A stretch of DNA of 63,166 nt, filler included, from Octopus bimaculoides (taxonomy: Eukaryota): NCBI RefSeq assembly GCF_001194135.2. It is 7 parts of 7 records of this genome, joined end to end, with 100 filler letters (N's around TTAATTAATTAA, not from the genome) between each part and the next. Parts side by side here need not be neighbours in the genome. Positions count along the whole stretch, not along the records: positions 47,021 to 56,587 come from NC_068983.1; positions 56,688 to 63,166 come from NC_069007.1; 5 more parts are not named here. One strand, 5' to 3'. The translations under genes were made by a program, and so were the position numbers. Numbering within the stretch: the stretch's first letter is position 1; each line of letters opens with the position of its first letter. Of this stretch, positions 53,591 to 63,166 are shown in pieces. The notes under the pieces were generated by a model. It did not search any database. It was not told the DNA's origin and saw nothing but the letters and a program-made list of their open reading frames with translations.

Positions 53591-55984
53591 ACAGTACAAA
53601 TATTTGAATGAATTACTTTTGCATAATTGAGAAAACGAATATCATAAAAATATTATTTAAATTAGCGAAATCTACCTCAGTGAATGCAATTATTGTATAT
53701 CAGTGAATAAATGATCGTATCATGAGCGTATAAATCCCTAAGTGTCATTTATATAATCCTGTGTGGTAAGAAGCNNNNNNNNNNNNNNNNNNNNNNNNNN
53801 NNNNNNNNNNNNNNNNNNNNNNNNNNNNNNNNNNNNNNNNNNNNNNNNNNNNNNNNNNNNNNNNNNNNNNNNNNNNNNNNNNNNNNNNNNNNNNNNNNNN
53901 NNNNNNNNNNNNNNNNNNNNNNNNNNNNNNNNNNNNNNNNNNNNNNNNNNNNNNNNNNNNNNNNNNNNNNNNNNNNNNNNNNNNNNNNNNNNNNNNNNNN
54001 NNNNNNNNNNNNNNNNNNNNNNNNNNNNNNNNNNNNNNNNNNNNNNNNNNNNNNNNNNNNNNNNNNNNNNNNNNNNNNNNNNNNNNNNNNNNNNNNNNNN
54101 NNNNNNNNNNNNNNNNNNNNNNNNNNNNNNNNNNNNNNNNNNNNNNNNTATATATATATATATATATATGTCTGTATAGATAGGACTGATTTCGATGTAG
54201 TTTATGTTTCCCACATTCACTCGCAAGTCCTTTATTAGTTTGGATCGCTAGTACAAGACATTCACCCAATGTCCCGCACATGCATTTCCAAATCGATTAA
54301 CTTTTTATATCCTTAATATATTTCCCATTTCTATGAGTTTCTAACAGTTATCACTACTTGTTTTCTACTCTAACTAGGGAGAAGCTTTTCATATATATTA
54401 CCTACATCTCGTGCAGCTTTAAAGTACATCGCCTGCTCAGTCTAATAAACAATTCATCCCAATTGCTTACATAGGTTATTTCCCTTACTTCACTTATTTG
54501 TAAATATATAAAGAGTGAAGTAGCTAGATTCGGAAAGTCATTTCTTGAGAAGAACAATTGGATGATGTATTCTTATGTCCACTGACCCTATTGAAAATGT
54601 CAGAAACCAAGAACTCCATATTTTTAGCTACGCTAGTCTATAATATTTGATCATTATAAGGATGTCATTTTCTTGTTTCTTTCAGTTTATTGGTTTCTTT
54701 TTGTATGTGTTTCTTGTTACAGACTCGTTTAGTTATTTATATGTATCTTGTAATAAAGATGTGATGAGATGAGAAGGTCGATGAATAGCAAAAAGAATAG
54801 AGTACTGAGATAAATGACTTTTGATATTTCGTTCATTCAATTTACATTAAAAGTTCAACCCGGCTTGGAGTTAACTTTGTCTTTCAACTTCTGGATACAG
54901 AAGAATGATGATGAAAAAATAGATTCTAATTTTGGCACAAAGCAAGCTGATATTTTTCGGTTGAGTGGGGCTTAGTGGATAACATCTATCCCCAGTGCTT
55001 GACTGATACTAACTTTATAGATCCACAAGGATGAAAACCAAAGCTAATTCTGGATGTAATTCAAGTCAGGACGTAAATATCCGGAAGAAATACCTTAATG
55101 TATTTTGTTTGATATTATAATGTGTCTTCCAATTCACCGGCCTTAATAGTAATTATGGTTTATTATTCAGACGCAAGGTCAGCAAATTTCAGGATAGTGG
55201 TTTCACAATAACATTGACCCCACTACACTTTACTAACACTTGAGGTATTAAAGGCAATTTTGATCCCATATTTGACTCCAGAGATAAAGGTCCCGGAAGA
55301 AGTTTCCCAAATAATTTGGTTCGACTTTCTATCAATTCCGGCAATCTAACACACTTCATAATACTAATAATAATGTGTAATAAGGGCACAAAGCTACAAC
55401 TTTTGATATGTGTAATTGCTAATAAATTTGATACCAGTAATTTAGCAAAATTTTGTTTTAGCGGTATGGGAAAGATGAAGCGCAAAATCAGTTTGGTGGA
55501 ATTCAAACTCTGAACATTTTGAGCAGGACAAAATACTGGAAAGTAGTTTACCCACCGCACTTCCGATTCTAACAATCTACCCGCATATAGTAATTCCGAA
55601 TTTGATGCTATTCCTGTTGCTGTATCTACTGATTCTATTCCTGTCTCCTTGTCAATGGTTCTTGGCGCAGTAATAGATGTTGCTGAAGTTGGTAGTATTA
55701 TCTCATTTGCTGATGGTATTGGGGCAGACGTTGTTACTCCATTTTGCGCATGTTACTGATGAGTTGTTTTACTCGATTGTCGTTGCAGCGTTGATGTCAC
55801 CTGCAGGAGGTATTTTCTATTGTTGGCTATGTGGGAAAAAATCTGTACTTGATAAGGGGCACCTGGCCTTGTGCTCGTCCCAATGTTTGGCAGCATCACA
55901 CTATTCGGCAAGGATTATATCTGGTTTCCTTTCTGTTTGCTCCTGCTTAACATGGAGAAGAAATCGGAATTTACATGAGAGTAG

Positions 55985-56211
55985 AGCAAGTCCGAAAACT
56001 GCTCTACTGTGGACAGCTAAGATTTTGAGATTGGTACTTGGAGGTTGAATGTCTCCCACGTTGATTAATAAGCAGGTATCAAACTTTATAATGTGTGGAA
56101 ATAGAGCCTGTGTGATCTCTGACTGCAAGCTGCTGTTCGCTTTCACACAATCTACCAGAACAAACAAGACCGANNNNNNNNNNCAAGACCGAATGTTCTG
56201 AGAAGTAAAGC

Positions 56212-56264
<53 letters not shown>

Positions 56265-56352
56265 GACACGGTGAGACCTCTGAGAACAAAGTTGCTGTCC
56301 ACTCTCACAGAATCAATGAGAGAAAGTAAGACCAAGAGCTCTGAGAAGTAAA
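55985..56352 (+). mobile_element. Two related R4/Dong 3' ends in one (TAA)n (55985-56210, 56265-56352)
   Basis: PKTALLWTAKILRLVLGG* then UTR. Both UTRs end AAGACC....TCTGAGAAGTAAA + (TAA)n. Confidence 0.75.
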
Positions 56353-56371
56353 ATAATAATAATAATAATAA

Positions 56372-56557
56372 TCCTTTCTACTGAAGGCACAAGGTCTTAA
56401 ATTTTGGGGGATGCTTAACTGGTACTTAATTTATTGACACTGAAAAGATGAAAGACAAAGTTAACCTTGGCAGAATTTGAACTTAGAATGTAGTGACAGG
56501 TGAAATACTGCTAAGCATTTCATCCAGCATGCTAATGCTTCTGCCAGCTCACTGCCT
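56372..56557 (-). mobile_element. SINE family B copy, CpG-depleted
   Basis: Collinear with 46436-46640, but its CpGs read TG or CA. Confidence 0.8.
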
Positions 56558-56919
56558 TAATAATAATAGTAGTAGTAGTAGTAATAANNNNNNNNNNNNN
56601 NNNNNNNNNNNNNNNNNNNNNNNNNNNNNNNTTAATTAATTAANNNNNNNNNNNNNNNNNNNNNNNNNNNNNNNNNNNNNNNNNNNNAAAGATCGAACTT
56701 GAGCAAAACATTTAATGGGAAAAATCAAGATAGATTTAAGGAACAGATGGTGGTGATGCGGCTGACAGCATTGAAGAGGAAAATATGTAATAAAAATGTA
56801 TAGAAACTTTACGCATGCGTGGAGAGAAGCCGTTTGTGTTATTAAAATTATTAATTTAAGTATTCATGTGATCAAATTATCAAAGAAATATATGAAAAAA
56901 TGGTTACTCTTTTCTTTTT

Positions 56920-57190
56920 TTTTTACCTCTTTACTTATTTCAGTCATTAGACTGCGGCCATGCTGGGGCACTGCCTTGAAGAATTTCTAGTCGAATGAAT
57001 CGACTCTAGCACTTAGTTTTAAAGCCTGGTACTTATTCTATCGGGCTTTCTCTTGCCGAGCCACTAGGTTACGGGGACGAAAGCACACCAACACCGACTG
57101 TCAAGCGGTAGTGAGGTACAAACGCTGACGTAAAGACATGCGCCCGTGCACACACAGGTACTCACACACACACACGACGGGCTTCTTTCA
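56920..57190 (-). mobile_element. SINE family A 3' module
   Basis: GCGGCCATGCTGGGGCAC..GGTACTTATTCTATCGG..TTACGGGGACG. Confidence 0.75.
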
Positions 57191-57451
57191 TTTACAAACA
57201 CACGCACACACGCACACATACAATGTACTTCTTTCATTTACACACACACTCATACATATGTAATATGTATAAAACGTATTTGAACGGGTAACAAGTTTCT
57301 AGTTATATACATTTATTGTTCAGCGTTTCTACTCCGTATTTTATTTACGCCGAGTCACCGATTAACACAACCAGTCACAGTATGATGACGGTAATGTAAT
57401 ACGCGGTATCCATTATGCCGTGTCAGTTCGTAGCGTTCCTCTTTCCGGTAT

Positions 57452-57499
57452 CTGATGCTGAGGAGGAGAAAACCACTCCGAAATACATCCATCCATCAG
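57452..57499 (+). ncRNA. Type I hammerhead ribozyme candidate with canonical core
   Basis: CTGATG / CTGAGGA / GGAG-AAAACCA-CTCC / GAAAT..ATC / CATCAG. Confidence 0.7.
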
Positions 57500-57684
57500 T
57501 CTGATTAGGAAGCGCTTCGAAATGACTTGGTGTGTTTACACCTCTATGTAGTGAAACATTTTCTCCGTGAAAAAACACAGTAAAAGCCTTTCTTACGGGT
57601 TCGAAATTATCACATGGTGTGACGAAATTATCATATGGTGTCACTTTGACGGCATGCATTGTTCTCTCACTTAATAATAATAGT

Positions 57685-57800
57685 AGGGAGGGGAATAGTC
57701 GATTACATCGAATCCAGTACTCAACTGGTACTTATTTTATGGACCGGGAAAGGATGAAAGCCAAAGTCGACCTCGGCGGAATTTGAACTCAGAACGTAGC
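57685..57800 (-). mobile_element. SINE family B fragment, CpG-intact
   Basis: AGTCGATTACATCG..AAAGTCGACCTCGGCGGAATTTGAACTCAGAACG. Confidence 0.8.
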
Positions 57801-57819
57801 GACACAGTAGAAAGGAACT

Positions 57820-58010
57820 AACAAAAACTCCCCGCTTTTTGAGGGGGATTCAGAGAGTAATGTTTGACTTCTTCGGTGCGGAATCGAACGTCCACCATTT
57901 CATCGGCCCTTCCTCTCTGTATATATTCCTTTAGACTCCAGACAGAACCTAATGCTTTTTGTACTTGAGCCTCTGTGACTCTTTCCATCCTCCTTGATTT
58001 TAAACCGATT
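57820..58010 (-). mobile_element. Possible L1/Tx1-type ORF1 relic
   Basis: Open coding-like frame RRTVTCRAIGLKSRRMERVTEAQVQKALGSVWSLKEYIQRGRADEMVDVRFRTEE. Resemblance is from memory and unverified. Confidence 0.3.
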
Positions 58011-58099
58011 GCACGGCACGTCACTGTGCGGCGTATCGTATCCTGAGCTGTCCCAGGGTGGGTATTTAACGTTGCAGCTATTCTGTCTCTCTCAACTAG

Positions 58100-58230
58100 C
58101 TCTCTTTACTCTTTTACTCTTTTACTTGTTTCAGTCATTTTGACTGCGGCCATGCTGGAACACCGCCTTTAGTCGGGCAAATCGCCCCCAGGACTTATTC
58201 TTTGTAAGCCTAGTACTTATTCTATCGGTA
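58100..58230 (-). mobile_element. SINE family A 3' module
   Basis: CTTTTACTCTTTTACTTGTTTCAGTCATTTTGACTGCGGCCATGCTGG. Confidence 0.8.
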
Positions 58231-58557
58231 TTGTTGTTGTTGGAGGTGTTGCTGTTGTTGTTACTTGTACTCAATTCGTTCGTTGCTTCGCTCACGAAAA
58301 GTCTCTAATTATTTACATTTACGAAATTGCTGTTTTTGTTTCGAACGATGTTGTCAAAAACGGAGCCTGGAAACTTCAGAGATACCCTATAATCTAGGTT
58401 TATTGCAAAAAAAAATCGGCTTTACTCGGAACTGCACTTATATTGCGTAAAGTACTGTCGGTATAAGCTTGTGACTTTACAGGCAGTACAAACCCCCAGA
58501 AGACACAATATCTTCAATGAACAACATCAAGATATTGGATACTGTGCGACGCCTTCA

Positions 58558-58593
<36 letters not shown>

Positions 58594-58690
58594 TAATTCT
58601 GTTTTATTGGCCACAAGGGCTAATATAAATCAGAAACCTATAAAGACTAACACAGGACAACAATCCTTTCTTCATTAGTCACAGGCGCCG

Positions 58691-58746
<56 letters not shown>

Positions 58747-59373
58747 TATGATAATAATAATGATAATAATATGTGCATACACACACATATTTACATACAC
58801 TAAACACACACACACACACACACGCACACACACACACACATACACACACACACACATTTACATAAGTAATTTCTTTAAATACAACACATTATACATTGCA
58901 AATGTGCATTCCAGAAGAAGGGACACAAGTACAGCAAACGAACATAACTGAAATGACGAGCTGTGCTTAATAAAAATCTGAGCTTATAAGAGGCCCTGGG
59001 CATTTACAATGCAATTCATTTGGTGTAAATTTGAAGTAGCTCACGATATCCATCTTGTAATGTATCTTATATAATATTACTCAACGTTGTATTGGGTTCT
59101 CATTTCGCATCAATACAAAATAAGTCCTTTTGTATGTATGCGTGTATGTATGCATGTATGTATGTATGCATGTATGTATGTGGGTAAGAGAGGGAGAGAG
59201 AGAGAGAGAGAGTGAGAGAGAGTGAAAATGAATGAGTAAATAAATAATAAGATATACAGTTCTATTTTGTCATTTCACTCAGTGGACGAAGATAAATCAA
59301 AATAGAATCCACCATTTATTGCGGATGGGATTATATATCGGTTTAGAGAAACCCGTGTATGTATGTATGTATG

Positions 59374-59404
<31 letters not shown>

Positions 59405-59646
59405 TGTATGTGTGTATGTATGTATGTGTGTGTATGTATGTATATGTGTGTGTGTATATATGTATGTATGTATGTGTGTGAGTGTGAATGCATGTATATA
59501 TGTATGTGCGCATATGTAATATATCTATATATATGTCTGTGTGTGTATGTGGGCGCGCGTTTGTATGTATGTAACTATAGTAGCCATTTTTCATTTAACT
59601 TTCTTGTGATTACAGTTTTCATATATATATATAGATACATATATTG

Positions 59647-59742
<96 letters not shown>

Positions 59743-59769
59743 CATATATATATATATATACATATATTG

Positions 59770-59805
<36 letters not shown>

Positions 59806-60562
59806 ACATATACACACACACGCACATATAAACATACATACATAAGGATGTGTGCGTGTGTATATATACAAACAAATAATAACCAGATTTCATCCAGCTT
59901 CCTCTTGGCCATGATTTGTTACGTGTGTGTATGATTGTATGTCTGTGTATAAATATCTATACATACATGCTTACATACATTCGTAGATAGATAGAAAGAT
60001 ATATAAATACATATATACATAAATATATTCATATATACATACATGCACATTCACACACGCATACATATACACATACACAAATACATACATATATATATGT
60101 GTGTGTGTGTGCGTGTGTGTGTGTGTGTGTTTGTGTGTATATATATATATATATTTATAAAGGTAACCACTATAAACGCACGCATATATATGTATAGACA
60201 TATGCATACAGATATATACTCATACACTCACACACACACATATGTATACAGTGTAAATAATACAAAAATCACCTTGTGGAAGATTCATGATAATCATTTA
60301 TAGGACGCCTCACACACTCACACACACACACACACACACGCACACACGCTCGCACACTCATATACACACACAGACACACGCACGTACACATTTACGGACA
60401 GAGGGCCAGTTACACTGGTACACTCACAGTCATACACACACATACACACTTATATACATACTTACACACACACACACACACTCACTCACACACACACACA
60501 CACACACNNNNNNNNNNACATACACACTTATATACATACTTACACACACACACACACACTCA

Positions 60563-60605
<43 letters not shown>

Positions 60606-61176
60606 ACACACACACACTGGCACTTACACGCATTTATACATACACTAGCATAGTCATAGTTACGAACACACTCAGAGACAACAGACACACGCACGTACAC
60701 ACACTTAGAAACATCCACCCACACACACGCACACACTCTTTCTCTCACACACTTACCCGTGCACTGATACACGTATATTTTCACACACACACACACACAC
60801 ACACACATCCAGCCCCATCTGCCCTTCTGTTTCCTATTGTTTCCTTTACCAGTACTAATATATATTATTAATTACTGTTAGAAAACAGAACGAAATAGTT
60901 TCCAATATACAATTACAGATAAAGTCTCTTGGCACTGGAATATAACTGAATGTCTCTGTCGTTAAGCGAATTTTGTCTTAGTAACTGAATTCCGATTTCG
61001 AACCACAACGTGGCCTCTTGGGCATGTTTTATTTAATTAATTTATTTTTTGTCATTACCGCGGTTTGACATCTTTTGAACGAAATTACATTCTGATGATT
61101 TACGTGGACTGTGCTGAATGTATCTTTGGATGGATGTGTGTATTATGCATGAACGAATGTATGTATTTTATATACG

Positions 61177-61238
<62 letters not shown>

Positions 61239-61435
61239 GTAAGGCACTCTAGGGAGAGCTGAACAGTAGATAGTCTTTACAGGAGCCCCCACCTCATGCA
61301 AATGTTTCGGCCTTCAATCCCTTGTACTTTATGGGGCAAGCCCGCATCCTGGATGCCCTTCTGCTTCCACGTTCTGAGGCAATATATATATAATGTAACT
61401 CTCCCTGACGGTCAAGGTGTCCCAGAGCCAAGATA

Positions 61436-62716
61436 CGAGTGTGGGCTGAAAAGTTCATAGGCTGACTATGAAAGAGTGGCGCTAGAGTTGCGAAACCTTG
61501 TATGCATTTATTTCAAAGTGTCTCACTAATAACGGCATTGTTTCTTTCCAGCTAAACTGACTTCTGACTGTTCAAAGAAGACTTCAAAAGTAATTCGTAG
61601 TGACTTCTCTCGAAAATGGCCAAAATTGAGCATCTTGGTGTTATCAAATACCTGCAGAAAAATGGTTTGGTCCCCAACGACATTCATGCTGACATGGTTG
61701 CTACATTAGGGGATATAACTTTATCAACCGTGCAAAAGTGTTCAGCTGATTTTAGGAGGAGAAGGGAGAGTGTTGAAAATGACCCAAAGTCTAGACGCCC
61801 TGAAACTGCCACTGCCAAGGAAAACATGTTCATCACATGCTGATGGATGACAGGGCACTGTAAATAAAAATAGCCAATGCTATTAGCAAATTCCGTGAGA
61901 AAGTTGAGAATATTCTGCACAATGAACTTGATGTGACAAAGGTCTTTGCTTGGTGGGTGTCCTGTCTCCTGACACCTGACCAAACGCTCACCAGGCTGAT
62001 CTCATCACGGGAAAATCTGACATTGTTTCAGGCAGATCCAGCTGGTTTCCTTAAACGTTTCCTAAGTTATAATGACTGTTGGCTTCATCACTTTGAACCA
62101 GAGACAAAGACACAATTCATGCAGCGAAAGCACCCCTCCTCACCTGCTCTAAAGGAGGCCAAGATCGTTTCATCCACAGGAAAAGTGATGGCCTCAGTTT
62201 TTGTTTTTTAGGTGTAAAAAGCATTGTGTTTATTGACTATCTTCAAAGGGGCCACACCGTCAATGGAGGTACTATACCAACTTGCTGAGGCAGTTACGAA
62301 AGGTTATGAAGACCAAACACCTTGGTAAACCGACGAAAGGGGTCTTGTTTCATCAAGGCAATGCTCCAGCACACAAGTCTTTGGTTTTAATGGCTGTTGT
62401 GCATGACTGTGGCTTTGAACAGGTTGATCTCCTTTCCTGGTTTGGCCCCGTCTGATTATCATGTGTTCTCCAACAGGAAAGAAAAAAACCCACTTGGTTG
62501 GAAAGCAGCACTGCAGTGATGATGAAATCACATCTGCTGTTGATGGCTTCTTCTGAGCAACAGAATGTAAGTTTCTTCTCTTCGAATGCGATCCAAGCAC
62601 TGTAGCACCAACAGAAGAAACATTTGGACCGCAAGGGGGACTATGTTCAAAAGTAAACCTAATGTGGTCACATTATATGAGAGTATCTTGATCAGCCTAT
62701 GAACTTTTAGGCCGAT
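61436..62716 (+). mobile_element. Near full-length mariner (DD34D-type) transposon, degenerate
   Basis: TIRs TA-CGAGTGTGGGCTGAAAAGTTCATAGGCTGA / TCAGCCTATGAACTTTTAGGCC. MAKIEHLGVIKYL..IHADMVATLG..ESVENDPKSRRP; WLHHFEPETK; GKVMASVF; HQGNAPAH. Stops and frameshifts present. Confidence 0.9.
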
Positions 62717-62809
62717 CAAGACCAATTCATTGGAGACGCCAGTTGACTGCATTGGAAGTTATGCTTTTCCCTTGATCAGATCCAATTGAAGCTCTTCTCA
62801 TCCTCTTGA

Positions 62810-62975
62810 ACTCTTTCGCCCCAACTTTCTCTCACTCTTTCTTCCTGTTTCTTGAGTAACGCTGCGATGGACCGGCATCCCGTCCAGCTGGGGGGAACAG
62901 ATACGCCATAGAAACCGGGAAACCGGGCCCATGAGCCTGGATAGGCTTTAAAAGGGCGCATAAATAATAATGAAT
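62810..62975 (+). mobile_element. SINE 3' portion with V-domain-like motif
   Basis: GTAACGCTGCGATGGACCGGCATCCCGTCCAG..GAAACCGGG. Confidence 0.6.
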
Positions 62976-63166
62976 GAATATATATATATATATATATTTG
63001 TTCATATGATGATATCTCCACAATATGTTGATGAGATAAACATGTAATCGCTACCAATATAGCAAGAGATTTCTCCCCAAAGGTCTAAAGTAGACTCCTT
63101 ATGGATCGATCTCCTTTATTTAAGGAGGAATTTATTTAAGGAGAAATTTGAATATGAACCAGACTT

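Noticed and set aside
55189-55575. 128-aa minus-strand ORF as a host gene
   Set aside because: It overlaps a degenerate family B SINE, starts at a non-ATG codon and has no recognisable domain.

Overview
AT-rich, gap-ridden (about 30 N runs) eukaryotic DNA dominated by microsatellites and transposon relics. The SINE families, (TAA)n-linked R4/Dong LINEs and repeat density point to a coleoid cephalopod (octopus) draft assembly; this is inference. I can support no intact host protein-coding gene, and almost all ORF-track entries are microsatellite or N-gap artefacts. Recognisable content: Tc1/mariner relics (two copies of an internally deleted DD37D/maT-type family, a related third relic, a DD36E Tc1, two DD34D-type mariners, two MITEs); a piggyBac-type MITE; R4/Dong fragments always adjoining (TAA)n; RTE, CR1/L2-like and Penelope-like (GIY-YIG) fragments; several tRNA-derived SINE families; and two degenerate minisatellites (25-bp and 13/26-bp period). 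Most interesting: a hammerhead-ribozyme candidate with a canonical core at 57452-57499, a Penelope-linked minimal hammerhead at 31622-31670, a ~360-bp foldback with hammerhead-like cores, a stack of (TAA)n-targeted insertions including an apparently non-coding ~560-bp element, and copy-specific CpG decay in SINEs. Coordinates are read by eye and approximate unless motif positions are given.
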